From: Octopus sinensis
Lineage: Eukaryota
DNA length: 64,000 bases
Reading direction: 5' to 3'
NCBI RefSeq assembly: GCF_006345805.1
Contig: NC_043001.1
Coordinates: 96,286,001 to 96,350,000 of the forward strand
Made by a program: the position numbers and the translations under genes. The notes beneath the pieces are model-generated. The model ran no database searches. It was given only the letters and a program-made list of their open reading frames with translations, and was not told the origin of the DNA. Within the stretch, counting starts at the first letter, position 1. Every line of letters starts with the position of its first letter. This document shows, in pieces, positions 28,391 through 42,330 of this stretch.

Positions 28391-28621
28391 AGACAGCAAT
28401 AGACAAAAACACCGTAATTCAGAAAAAAAGTATCGCCAACACTATCAAATTTTGAAGGGACCTCATCTACTCTACTCAACCAAATTTCAAGCATAAACAT
28501 AAACACTCGCAATTGTGAAGAAATTCATTTTTCCTGTCAAAGATTTCTATGACTGCAAAGTCGCCTGGCAAGGAAATCAGTTTGGAATACTCGCCAAGAT
28601 GGATACATGTCAAGAGAAAAA

Positions 28622-28658
<37 letters not shown>

Positions 28659-28914
28659 AAGAGAGAGCGAGAGAGCGAAAGAGAGAGGGAGAGGCAGGGA
28701 GACAGAGAGAAATAGAGAGAGAGTAAAAAAGAAAATGAAAAAATGAAAAACATCTCAGACAATGAAGGCTGAACAGCTGAGTTGAGATACTAAAATCTGC
28801 TGTTACTCATTCGGACATCTAAAACTAACTCGACTAGAAATCTCTGCAGCACTACAAACACCACTGTTCATAATAGCTACAAAGCGAAATCACATAACGA
28901 AGTAAAGAATCCAG

Positions 28915-29333
28915 GCGTGGCTGTGTGGTAAGGAGCTTGCTTCCCAACCACATGGTTTCAAGTTTAGTCTCATTGCGTGGCACCTTGGGCAAGAGTCTAC
29001 TAGCCTCGAGCCGATCAAAGTCTTGTGAGTGGATTTAGTAGACGGAAACTGAAACAAGCTCGTCGTATCTGTATATATATGTATGTATATACCAGTGTCT
29101 GTGTGTGTGCTTTTGTGTTTGTTATCCATCACCACTTTTCAATCGGTGTTGGTGTGTTTACGTCCCCGTAACTTACGAAGAGTTACGGGGACGTAACTCT
29201 TCTACCAAAGATACCAATAGATTAAGTACTAGGTTTTAAAAAATAAGTCATGTGGTCGATCTGTTCGACTGAAATCTTTCAAGGTGATGCTCCAGCATGG
29301 CCGCAGTCAAATTACTCTAACAAGTAAAAGAAT
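28915..29333 (+). mobile_element. CORE-like SINE (family A)
   Basis: Head and tail homologous to the copy at 19655. Confidence 0.85.
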
Positions 29334-29406
29334 ACTTTCAGCGCATCAGACGATATAAGGGATTAATTGTTTAGAATGCGTAGAAACATTGAAAGTCAAT
29401 TATATT

Positions 29407-30019
29407 CTTTTCTACTCTAGGCACAAGGCCTGAAATTTTGGGGGAGGGGGCAGTCGATTAGATCGACCTCAGTACGCAACTGGTACTTAATTTATCGAGC
29501 TCGAAAGGATGAAAGGCAAAGTTGACCTCGGCGGAATTCGAACTCAGAACGTAAAGACATACAAAATACCGCTAAGCATTTCGCCCGGCGTGCTAACGTT
29601 TCTTGTTTCTTTACTGTCCACAAGGAGCTACACGCAGAGGGGACAAACAAGGACAGACAAACGGATTAAGTCATATTATATCGACCCCATTGCGTAACTG
29701 GTACTTAATTTATTGACCCCGAAAGGATGAAAGGCAAAGTCGACCTCGGCGGAATTTGAACTCAGAACGTAGCGGCAGACGAAATACCTATTTCTTTACT
29801 ACTCACAAGAGGCTAAACACAGAGAGGACAAACAAGGACAGACAAACGGATTAAGTCGATTACATCGACCCCAGTGCGCAACTGGTACATAATTTATCGA
29901 CCCCGAAAGGATGAAAGGCTAAGTCGACCTCGGCGGAATTTGAACTCAGAACATAACGGCAGACGAAATACCGCTAAGCATTTCGCCCGGCGTGCTAAAG
30001 TTTCTGCCAACTGGCCGCC
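29407..30019 (-). mobile_element. SINE family B trimer bounded by one 18-bp TSD
   Basis: TTGAAAGTCAATTATATT (29389-29406) and TTGAACGTCAATTATATT (30020-30037). Confidence 0.9.
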
Positions 30020-30354
30020 TTGAACGTCAATTATATTAACACTTGAAGTGTATAGAAGAACATTTGGAAAAGAAAGCTAAAAAAACACAGCTTTGTTACA
30101 ACAAATTAAAACAAAACTTTGAAGTTTTTAGAAAAGACAAGGGCAATCAGCCAGCCGCGCGAAGTTTTGAATGGCACGCCTAAACGAAAAATTGCCTTGA
30201 AAGTTTTTATTAGTGCTGTCTGTCTGATAATGGACCATGTCTCATGCGGCCCGCTTCTTCCAAAAGTTTGGCCATCCCTGCTTTAGAGTAACAAACTTCA
30301 AAACGAAAAAGTGCAGAGTTCAACTGGTGTATATAAAATTTTAAAAAATTAAGC

Positions 30355-31960
30355 GAGGCTGTGTGGTCAACAACCACATAGTTCCGGGTTCTGTCCCACT
30401 GCGTGACATTTTGGGTTACTGCTTTTACTGTAGCCTCAGGCCGACCAAACCTATATGAGTGGATTTGGCTGACGGAATTTGAAAGAAGCCCGTCGTATAT
30501 ATATATATATATATATTTATGTGGGTTCTGGCTTTATCTCGGGTTCGTGTCTGGGCCGGCGCGTTGTGCCTGGGGTTTCTCATGCGCCTGTCACCGCAGG
30601 AGTATTTTCCATCATTCTTTCAGTTGCGAAGTGTGTCCTTGCATGCATATATATACACACATATAAACATATAAACACACATATAATACCCCTACATTTT
30701 GTACACACACGCACATACATACATACATCCACTCCCACGCACTTACACACACACATTTACATATATATATATACAATACACGCACACACACACACGTAGA
30801 AACACACACAAATTCACATACACACCGACACATATACATACACACAACATATACCTCCACGCGCACGCACACATACACATACGTACACACATATAAGCAC
30901 AGGCACACACATACATACGCACACCAAAACATGCTCACACATACGCACGCACACATACATACATGCACACAATTATACATATACGCACATACAAGCACAC
31001 ACACACACCCACACATACACTTAGTTAAGCACAGTTACTCGCCATACACACAAAAAAACGCACAGGTACACACACACATACTACAACAAAACACACACGA
31101 GACATATACACGCACACACACATTCCTCCCTGTTTTTGACCTGCCTTCCTGACTCGCTAACTGCTGCTTGAAACTAGCCTTTGCCCACCATATACACACA
31201 TACACACACACGCACACACTCACACACACACCCTTGTCATCTCGCACACCTTTGTTTACCATTCCTTCTTTGATTCCGCTCTCCTGTTTTTGAAAACTTG
31301 CTCCTTCTTTTTTACCACTTCCGCCTTTTCAGTATGTGACCTCGTGAAGACCACTTGCATTTTCCCCCCTCTGTCCTCCCACCTCGGGATCTTTCTTTCT
31401 CCTTGTTTCCGACGAAGAGCTCTGCTCAAAACGTCTTCCCTTCTTTCCTGAGCGCCCAATAATACTTTATTTGTTCCACATCCTCGCGTTGTTGTCTTTT
31501 TGTTTTCTTGTTTGGATTAACTTTATATATATACATACATACATATATATATATTTACTAATTATATACTATTTATTTATTTTCGTACTTTATTTAGTTT
31601 TAGGTAAATGTTAAATCGTATCTGATTTTTTTGTATGGTATGATTTAAGTATATCATTGTTGAATTGCTACATGGTGGTTCTTCTATAATTTATATACAA
31701 CTATTATATATATATATATATGTATGTATGTGTGTGTGTGTATGTGTCTGCGTCTGTGTTTGTCCCCCACCCCGCTTGACCATCAGTGTCGGCGTGTCGG
31801 TGTGTTTATATCTCTGTAACTTAGAGGTTTGGTGAAAGAGACCGATAGAGTAAGTACCAGGCTTAAAAGAATTAATAAGTCACCATCGACTATAATACTC
31901 CAAGGTGTTGCCCCAGCATGGAGGCAATCTAACATCTGAAACAAACAAAAGAGAGAAGAT
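30355..31960 (+). mobile_element. SINE family A split by insertions in its central microsatellite
   Basis: Head at 30355-30497 and tail at about 31745-31960, with PLE-derived sequence between. The single-element interpretation is inferred. Confidence 0.6.
31140..31522 (+). mobile_element. PLE-derived element with decayed hammerhead (31405-31436)
   Basis: CCGACGA-a-GAGC tct GCTC-AAAAC-GTC. The 3' end is homologous to the reverse complement of 38986-39148. Confidence 0.6.
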
Positions 31961-32529
31961 AAGACAAATCAGTGACGAAACAAGGACGAAAGAAAACGAA
32001 TCTGTAAAGACACCAGGCCCAGATGTAGTTCAATGCTGCACAAGAACAGATCTGTACTTGATAAGATATCCTTTTCAATGCTTGTCAGCCGTACCATAAT
32101 AGATGACAACAGAATGAAGTACCCTAATAAAGAAAGCTATAAAATACGGAGAACTGAATTGATTATCCGCAGCGCTATTATAGGTGGTTTATTGCTGACA
32201 TAGAAATTATTGACAGGATTAATAGCTGATGCCACGTACTTATTCAATGAATATTTATTCCTAATTCTTGAGGAAGTGACAGGATGCTGGTGAATAAGAG
32301 CCTACTTTATATTGGCATTACCATACTTCAGAAAATGATAAATAGGAACAAAAAAAAGGAAAAATCTATCTTAGAAGGAAGGCTTAGCGTATAGAAATGA
32401 CATGTAAAAGTTCATGCCACTCGGTGCAATTGTGATTTTAAAATGTATTTTTTAAGGAGGCATAACTTCCTTTCGATTTGTGGTTGTTTTGGCTCTAATT
32501 CAACGAAAAAGCAAACCGAAGTACATTTA

Positions 32530-32740
32530 TTTACTTTTTACTCGTTTGCAAGTTCCAGTTATTGAACTGCGGGCGGCTATGCTGGGGCACCGTCTTGTAG
32601 AGTTTAGTTTGACAATTCGATTCCAGTACTTATGTTTTTAAAGTTGGGTTGCTTATTTTATTGGTTACTTCGCGGGACCGCAAGATTACGAGGCCAAAAT
32701 AAACCAGTGCCTGCTGTCGAGCGATGTAAGGACAAACACA
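32530..32740 (-). mobile_element. Degenerate SINE family A tail
   Basis: GCTATGCTGGGGCACCG...CCAGTACTTAT...GGACAAACAC. Confidence 0.65.
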
Positions 32741-32844
32741 AAAAGATGCATATACATTTATTCACATACACGCGCGCGCGCACACACACACCACATTGAG
32801 TTCTATACCGAATATTGTTGCTTGCACTATGTAAAATATAATAT

Positions 32845-33457
32845 TGGTTTCAAATTTTGGCACAAGCCCAAAAATTTCGGAGAAGGTACTAAGTCAATTT
32901 GATCATCCCCAGTGCACATCTGTTACTTATTTTAACGACCCAGGAAGAATGAAAGCAAAGTTGACCCCGGCGGTATTTGAATTTAGAACGTAAAGACGGT
33001 CGAAATGCCGCTAACATCCTGCTTGGCGTGCTAACGATTCTTATTTCTTTATTACCCACAAGGGGCTAAACACAGAGAGGACAAACAAGGACAGAGAAAG
33101 GGATTACGTCGATTACATCGACCCCAGTGCGTAACTGGTACTTAATTTATCGACCCCGAAAGGATGAAAGGCAAAGTCGACCTCGGCGGAATTTGAGTTC
33201 AGAACGTAACGGCAGACGAAATACCTATTTCTTTACTACTCACGAGTGGCTAAACACAGAGAGGACAAACAAGGACAGACAACGGATTAAGTCGATTACA
33301 TCGACCCCAGTGCGTAACTGGTACTTAATTTATCGACCCCGAAAGGATGAAAGGCAAAGCCGACCTCGGCGGAATATGAACTCAGAACGTAGCGGCAGAC
33401 GAAATACCGCTAAGCATTTCGACCGGCGTGCTAACTATTCTGCCAGGTCATCGCCTT
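32845..33457 (-). mobile_element. SINE family B trimer
   Basis: Three reverse-strand cores; gives the repeated RNWYLIYRPRKDERQSRPRR pseudo-ORF. Confidence 0.9.
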
Positions 33458-34038
33458 ATTTAAAATATAATACTGATATGGTTTCTTATTGTTATACTAC
33501 TACACGTACGCCCATGCATCTATTTATATACAATATGTTGTGTACGTGGCTAAAGAGTATAAATTAACAGGAAAAAAATAAGAGGAAAAAACTTCTCATG
33601 TTTTAGTTTTTAGAAACAGTAAAAACATATTCTCTTAAACATACATACTTTAAGTCATGTGATGAAGTCACATGCGCTTACTACGTCACATACACAGTCA
33701 CAGACGTAACACGCTACCGCACAGCTATTACATCATTTTGTTATAGAAGATTCCCATCTAATCAGATGCTTCAACATTGAGTGATCACCTGATGTTAGCT
33801 ATTTCTGCTGCATCTGTTGACATTTGAACCGTACTGCACGTATATTGCTTTCATTCATCTATCTGGATTATCATGGTGCCCTTCAATCTGTGAAAGGTCA
33901 TACATTCATGTTAGACGGAAAGCAGAACAGTTCCAGATTTATAAACGACCATGATGTTTGACATTTATGCTTGAAGCTATCGCCTGATACACGAATAAAC
34001 ATTCTCCTAATCAGGTAGTTAACTTACACACACACACA

Positions 34039-34087
<49 letters not shown>

Positions 34088-34343
34088 TACATACATACAC
34101 ACATACATTCGTACATACATACATACTCACATACACACATACATGCTCACATACATACATACTCATACACACATACATGCTCACATACATACATACATAC
34201 ATACATACATACATACATACATACATACATACATGCATACGTACATACTTTCTTGCATACATATAAACATACATAAACACACACACACATGTATATTAAC
34301 GTACACATACCATATACACACATATGTACATACATTTATAAAG

Positions 34344-34375
<32 letters not shown>

Positions 34376-35952
34376 ACATATATATATATATATAATATAG
34401 ATACATATCTGTGTTAAGACATACATACTGTACATGAAAATATCAATCTGTCTAAGTATGTATGCACGCACACTCACACAAATACACACACTCTCACACG
34501 CGCACACACACATACACACACACACAGCCACATATACATATATACGTATAAGCTTTCAGACTATTGGTTGTTCATTTCTATTGGAAGGGAGAGAGCTATC
34601 TTGCCAAGAGTCCGTTTTGATTTTTGCTTTTCACGTTTGTGAACCAGAAGGCCCGGAATATATGTTATAATCTTATTGCACTTGTTAAATTCAAATTTCT
34701 TTTCTTTTCCTTTCGTTTCAACTACAGAATCTGTAATACTTGCATATAGATTTTATTTCAATCTTGCCGATTCTCTTTAGAACAGAGTAACCATGGTCTT
34801 AAAGATCTATTAGTTACATATGTTACGTTATGTACTTTATGGCAGAAAAGAGACAAGCAAGGCATATAAAAACAGTACCACACTCACACACACATATATA
34901 CACATATACACATGTATACTTATATACATACTGTTTAAACACTCCCCCATACATATGATTTCATATACATATGTATTGACTTTGCGATGTGCACTTCGCC
35001 GTGTGATTCTTAAGCCATACCTATTTTGTATAAGTAGGTAACATGCATAATTCATTCAATCGGCGTGACCTAGTGATTGGAGACAGTTCATTAAATTTCT
35101 GAATGAATACTAATGCATTGATACTATAATTATCAGCCTCGTTAAATAACTAATTAGCCTTCTGATCACATCCATTAAAAAAGAATTATTGAAGATCATA
35201 ATATTATTTGTTTCAAACTGGAATTTAGCATGTAGGAGTTCACAACTAATATGGTTTAATACGGTTTCAGTAACAACACCAGAAAAAAAAAAAACAGAAG
35301 TAAAGTAATACTGGGAAAGATAAACAGATCTGATTGGCCGAAGTTATACAGAAGAATCCGAAATCAAAAAAATATAATTTTACCTGAAATTATGGATTCA
35401 ATAATCACTTATCTAATTAATATGAAACGGTAAAAAGATAAAAATAGATCCCGATGTTGGTTCCATGAACGAATGTAGCGAAACTGGAATGAAATTCTCC
35501 CACACCAAAATTGTTTCGCAGCAAAACAATTCCAAGGACAAGCACTTCGATGATTGTAATTTTATCCTCCTGATTGTGAATAGTACAACGAACATTGTTG
35601 GGCACACATGGGGCACGCGTGACAGCAAACTTGACTCCGACTGTTGCTAAATTTGACCTCAAAATTTAGACTGATCATTCGCAACTAGATAGATTTTAAT
35701 GACTTTAGCAGAAACCACGATGAAATGTATATTAAGAACTAAGAGTGCGAAGAATAAAAATAACTGAAATTTATTTTGAATGAAATGTTTCAAAAGGATA
35801 TTATTCCGTTTTTAAAATTCCCGCTACAAGACAGACCACAACATTATTTTGTTTCTAAAACTCCAGCTACAAGACGGACTACATTTAACTAGTGTCACTA
35901 TGAGAATCACTGAATTAATGTTGATCATGATCAACGACATAAATAGAAAAAT

Positions 35953-36198
35953 AAATGCGCCCTTTTAAAGCCTAGCTAAACTCATGGGCCCGGTTTCCCG
36001 GTTTCAATGGCGTATATGTTTCCCAGCTGGACGGGACGCCACTCCACCGCAGCGTTACTCATTTTTGCCAGCTGGGTGGACTGGAGCAACGTGAAATGAA
36101 GTGTTTTGCTCAAGAACGCAACACGTCGTCCGGTCCAGGAATCGAAACCACAATTTTACGATCATGATGCTGACACCCTAGCCACTAAGCCACGCGCC
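35953..36198 (-). mobile_element. tRNA-derived SINE (family D head)
   Basis: Minus strand reads GGCGCGTGGCTTAGTGG...GTTTCGATTCC...CAGTCCACCCAGCTGGCAAAAATGAG. Confidence 0.85.
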
Positions 36199-37126
36199 AC
36201 CGCGATCAATGACATAGGTAAGGAATATTTCCAGAAGAGTAATCTCTCTTCGTTTTGACAAATAAATACCTGCTTATGTGTCCTATCCATAGCTGTTAAG
36301 CATTATCTTGGACATATTAAAAAGGTAAACAAAAGAAAAGCAATAAAAATGCCACCAATAATATTTAGAAAACGGAAAATAAACGTTTAGCTAATCATTT
36401 TGGTGATACTTATCATATGAAAGCATTCAAATAACTATACTTCTTCCGATCAAAAAAGAATGAGTGGGTGGGTAGGTGGGGGGAGATATATAAAATAGAA
36501 ACAATGTTTGCAGATAGCAAAAAGAAAACACTCGAGTATAAATCAATCTCCTTGAAATGGGAGTTAAAAGCTGTTTGGGAAACTTCGGCATAAGAAGAAA
36601 AGGATCGGAAAACTATTTATTAAGTAAAAATTTGGTTGAGATCAATCAGCCATCTACAATGATATGAAGAGGTGTGGTGGTGGTGGTGGTGGTGGTGGGT
36701 GTCGCTGAGGATTATTGTTAGGGAGGTATGGGCTCAATTTGGAGAAAAATCTGGAATGAGTAAAAAAAGAATTCAGCTAAGATGCAGCCCAGTGAGAAGA
36801 AATCCACAAGAAATACTGTTTCTGCTTTACATCAAACGTAAACAGGATAAGTAGGGATACTTTTAAGACTGAGCTGCCTCTCTCTCATCCACCGAAAAGA
36901 AAACAACTTCAGGATGGGAAAGTACCAGAAAAATAAGAAGTGATAAAAATTCAAAATTACAGCAATTTAAACGTAAAGTATGAACGAGAGCAACCAGCGT
37001 CTACACGTTGATGGAATGACATCATCAGGTTTTTAAGTTACAATTTTATAATAGGCGAAAAGAAAAAAGACAGAAAAAAAAAACAGAAAAAAGAAGACGT
37101 ACTGCTGAAATATCGTTCAACTAAGT

Positions 37127-37683
37127 ACCTGCCCTGATGCAGTACCAGGCAGTGGCTCTCATGGCTTCTGATCTTAACTGATTGGAAGTGTTATCATGTA
37201 CATTGTTTTGTCTTGGTATAAAAGATGGCTACAGCAAATATTCTGCTCAATACCACAGATTTGCTTGTCAGTTGCTTGACCTTAACCAGTTGAGCATGCC
37301 CCTTAGTGGCTGACGATATGTGCATCTCTGATCACGAGCAGAAGTAGTGGGGGAGCATCATAGCCATGTGTTGAGAGGGATTCTTTGGGGTTTGAATAAT
37401 TCACCTCTGGAAACATGGGTGGTTTTTTCAACATCCTTAAACAACCCTTATTCAGGGACCGTTTGAGCGGGATGGGCTACTCAACCTGAAGAAAATTCTA
37501 ACTGGGCCCCACCTGCAAGGTCATGTGCTGTTTATCTTGATATGAGATCACCATGTCGCGCACATATGGTTGTGATGCATGTGCCTGGTGTACCTTTATC
37601 AGATGGGTAGTCATGATGGGTATATTGGGCTTCGTATATTTTACCCCAGTGTCACTTTGATGGCATGAACTGCTCTCTCACTC

Positions 37684-37762
<79 letters not shown>
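37127..37762 (+). mobile_element. ~560-bp non-coding retroposon-like repeat with (AAT)n tail
   Basis: Relatively GC-rich block ending abruptly in ~26 AAT units, typical of non-LTR 3' ends. Family not identified. Confidence 0.55.
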
Positions 37763-37764
<2 letters not shown>

Positions 37765-38089
37765 CTGTAATGTAAGAAGTGTGATGATATAGGAAGTTAT
37801 TTCGTTAGATTCTGTTGCCCATTTGCTAATGCTAAGGGTCTCTTAATATGTTAAGGTAGAATACACTATAATTTCGGCAAAATGCAACCTGGCATCACAG
37901 TGAGCTTCCATCTTAAAGTTAAAAGAGGATTGTATAATCTTCGGTAGAATAAAGCATCGGAAAGAAATACGTATTTCAAGAAGGCTGTCTCTTAGTAATA
38001 CTGTATAGTCTTACACTGAATTTTTTTATTGAGTAAATTTGAAAGGTTTGTGATTGGCTCACAGGAAGACAGATACACTAACCTGATAT

Positions 38090-38460
38090 ATGTAGCTTCC
38101 TTTTTTTGAACGACCCAGAAATATATGCCAAAAATATAAATGATATGCAGAAGAGCCTCGACATGGTTACGACATTCCCAAAGGATAAAAGGATAGACTT
38201 TGGTCAGGATAAATGTTCCTAGGAGAGATGACCAGAAACTAGTCTAACCTCGGTATGAAAAGGAAAGCTATAAGCCAGTCTAGTAAAGTTTGATTATTTT
38301 CCCCGATAGCCGATGTGGAAAGCTGCCTTGGATCGATGAGAATAAGGAACACGAAATCAAGTGAAATTTGTTTCTTAGAGTTCTGTGCATACATAGTTAG
38401 TAGCTCACAATAATTTCTGTACCAGTGTCCACAACAAAATATGAGTACTACATAGGATCT
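38090..38460 (+). pseudogene. Highly decayed non-LTR retrotransposon RT fragment
   Basis: IDFGQDKC (compare GMEFGLDKC), and broken YLGIDEN-like and AHN-FAVPV-like segments. Confidence 0.45.
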
Positions 38461-38562
38461 AGGTAACTGATGTTGAAACTAGTTTCAACATCAGTTACCT
38501 AGATCTAATGTAGTACCTAATAGGATGACTCATATTTTGTTGTGGGCACTGGTACAGAAATT
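38412..38562. repeat. Fold-back palindrome with a perfect 50-bp core (38456-38505)
   Basis: GATCTAGGTAACTGATGTTGAAACT|AGTTTCAACATCAGTTACCTAGATC plus imperfect outer arms. Confidence 0.9.
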
Positions 38563-38985
38563 TTCTTTTAAACGGAGCGGGACGTTTGAAATAAAGAAAC
38601 GCACACGAGCTAATGTTATGAATATGTTAGAAATAGATATTAAAATGTTATTTTCAACTGAAGATGCCAGAGTATGTTGGTCATATAGAGTGTGAAATCA
38701 ATTGGTATTGAAATAAACATTACTTGCTGATGTATTCAACGCAAAGGTAAGCCTATTTCTAATATATTCATTGCATTGCTCATGTGTAACTTTATTGTGA
38801 GTTTCTGGTGGTTTTGGAACCTTGGCTCTGATTTTAGTAAGTGGTATTATATACCCTACTGAATCTAAATTTGCCTTATATTGTGCTTCTAACTGTGAGA
38901 ACTTGCTGGCCACCTTATTATTACCTTATTAATATCATTAATAACGGTAATAATATATCTGTATTTAATATATATATATATATAT

Positions 38986-39147
38986 AGTTAATCCAAACAT
39001 GAGCAAAGAGAAAACACAACAACGCGAGGACGTGGAACAAGTATAGTGTTATTGGTCGCTCAGAAAAGGAAAGAAAGGAGGATTTAACGTTTCGAGCGGA
39101 GCTCTTCGTCAGAAACATAGAAAAAGGTAAAGTCCAAGGAAGGGAAG

Positions 39148-39148
<1 letters not shown>
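38986..39148 (-). mobile_element. Short PLE-derived element between (TA)n and (CAT)n
   Basis: Homologous to 31400-31522 and carries a minimal HHR. Confidence 0.7.
39082..39116 (-). ncRNA. Minimal hammerhead variant (extra A after core, ACGU stem III)
   Basis: Minus strand reads GTTT-CTGACGA-A-GAGC tcc GCTC-GAAAC-GTT-AAAT. Confidence 0.65.
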
Positions 39149-39199
<51 letters not shown>

Positions 39200-39899
39200 C
39201 CATCATAATCATCATCATCATCATCATCATTCCAACTTTACAGAGATGAGCTGAACCAGTTGCAATCTATATTGAGAATTAATCAGTGGCTGCTTAACCG
39301 GCTTCAACTTTCCACGATGATACTGTGTGTGTATGTATGTATGTATGCAGGCATGCATTTTTGCAAGTATATTATATACGTATGTACTGTCCACTAGGCG
39401 GTATTTTCCAACTAAATGTTACCCATATACCAACATCAAACCACAACTCCGCGTGACCTTCCCCGACCAATCGCAGCCCACTTTTTGATAATAACAATCA
39501 ACCTCTGTTATGCAAATTCAAAACGGCTGACAACTAGCATCATTCTTGAAACTCAAGTGTACCAACGAATTTGAATCGAGCTGTTTTGAACTATGAATGT
39601 TACTTCCAATAAATTGCTTGAGTGATCTTTCCTTTGTCCACTCACTCGTATATATATGCCTATATGTATAAACTTATGTTGTTTTTATGTGAAGCAATAT
39701 ATAGAAAAAAATTCAATATATCTATCTGTATATATTGAGGATTATTCAATTTTGTTATGTTTTTTAGTAATACATTGTAGCAGAGTACATGTTTACTAAT
39801 TTTTCAAGGAAACGGTTGGAAGTGAGTTTCAAGTTTCGGCTGGTTGGCCATCACCCGAGAGTCTGGTTTGAAGTAACTATCAACTCTTTCTTCGTGCAC

Positions 39900-40002
<103 letters not shown>

Positions 40003-40874
40003 TTCAGAGAAATAGACCGAGAGAGAAGAAATAGAAAGGAAGGAAAAGAGACAGAAAGGGAGGAAGAGAGAAAGAGATCGAGAGAGACAAGTACATGCAA
40101 GTATACATATCTGTACCATGTATATGCATGTATATTATATATACGCACACGTACTATTTATATTATGTGCGTGTACGTGTACGTATACACACACACACAC
40201 ATATATATACACTACATGCACACATACATTCATTATATTTGTGTGTGTATATGTGTGTGTATATGTGTGTACGTATGTGTGTATACGTGTGTATTGGTTT
40301 GAATTCTTAATAATAACACTATCCTTTTATAAATATAACACCATCTTAACACATCCTTTTCTTTTCCTTTCTTTCTATTATAAATCAATGCAAAATAATA
40401 TTTGAAAATGCGGTCGTTTTAATAAATGATGTTTCCTTCAATTTAGGTCGTATTTGAATGCTTGTCTAATGTGCGCTTAAACAATGCAACCTGAATGGAT
40501 AAAATATGGATTACATCGCTTTATTGTTTATAGCTCGCCTAGACGCTCGTGTGTAATGTTAAAGCTATTATATTTAGTAGTTCAAATTTTGAATTTAATG
40601 ATACGGAACGAGTCAGTTTTCTTTCAGTATAAAAATGTTCTTAGTGTATATAAAGTAGCGCTATGCTATAAATATTTAAATTACTATATCAGATCGAAAT
40701 AACTTATCGATCGTTTAAATAAATATTTATCTTTGTTGGGAATAAACGCAACTAACTTATTGAAGATTTACATGTAGGCTTTGCACAATGACCATTTTAA
40801 AAGGAATATATACATATATGTATACACACACACACACACACACATATATATAGGTAGATATATACATTTTTATA

Positions 40875-40916
<42 letters not shown>

Positions 40917-41067
40917 TATATATATATACATATATATATGTGTATGCATGCATATGTGTGTGTGTGTGGGTGGGTATAACACATATACAAATGTATGTTA
41001 TCAAATTATCAATATGTTCGGTTTATTACCAATAAAGATAAATTTTTATTTGAACGATAGCTAAGTA

Positions 41068-41398
<331 letters not shown>

Positions 41399-41400
41399 AT

Positions 41401-41473
<73 letters not shown>

Positions 41474-41533
41474 ATTTGTGTGTGTGTGTGTGTGTGTGTA
41501 TTTGTGTGTGTGTGTTGTGTGTGTGTGTGTGTA

Positions 41534-41571
<38 letters not shown>

Positions 41572-41659
41572 TGTGTGAGTGGGTGTGTGTTTCAGAATAA
41601 GGCGTACTCAATACAAAAGAAAAGTTTAACGATATTAGAATGTTGTTTCAACGGCTACA

Positions 41660-41860
41660 CTATGGACAAATTCAAAAAGATTCTGAAGAAAGTCTTCGGC
41701 CTAACTATACCCTTTATCATCAATTCAACAAAAGTCAACCTTCTGGACGCATCCCTAGACCACCGGATGGACAAGCACTACGCCTACAGCAAGTCCAATG
41801 AAATAAGTATGTATATTCGTAGACATTCGAACCACACTCGGCTATATTTAGAAATCTAGT
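41660..41860 (+). pseudogene. Penelope-like RT C-terminal remnant
   Basis: FGLTI...KVNLLDASLD...YSKSNEISMYIRRHSNH resembles the PLE VNFLDV...YINxxSNHP segment. Confidence 0.7.
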
Positions 41861-41949
41861 CACAGTTAGCAGCAGAAGGTCGAGCTCCTCTATAACGAGG
41901 CATTACCGAGGAGTGCCTTTACGGATAATTAGTATATATATTTGTTACT

Positions 41950-42330
41950 GAATCACTGTATCACTATCACTATCAGATGCTATTATACACCGCTGGTCAC
42001 AATGTGCTTCCAGTTCTGTCTTGACCGAGCCATCTTTTTCAATCTTGACACAATTTGCTTGACTAAATCGTCTGTCCATCGTCGTGGTGGACTTCCAAGT
42101 GGCTTTTTTCGGTCTCTTGGATACCACTCGGCAACTACAAGGATCCACCTGTTGTCTATGAACCGAACCTTGCAACATGTACGACTCAGCGGAACTGGTT
42201 TTCGGGACTCTGCGATCACATCGTTTGCTCCGTTCTCGAATTATCACCTTCAACAGAGCTGTTCCGTTTGAACGGACGTTACTGCGATTTTTTAAGAGGC
42301 GACAAACATTACTTGCCAGTACAGCTACTA
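41950..42330 (-). mobile_element. RTE-clade LINE 3' fragment
   Basis: DNRWILVVAEWYPRDRKKPLGSPPRRWTDDL, with a short (GATAGT) tail. Confidence 0.75.

Noticed and set aside
30180-30283. hAT-like terminus GTTTGGCCATCCCTG
   Set aside because: Only one end is visible, with no partner TIR or TSD.
33127-33567. Repeated peptide RNWYLIYRPRKDERQSRPRR
   Set aside because: Antisense translation of SINE B copies.
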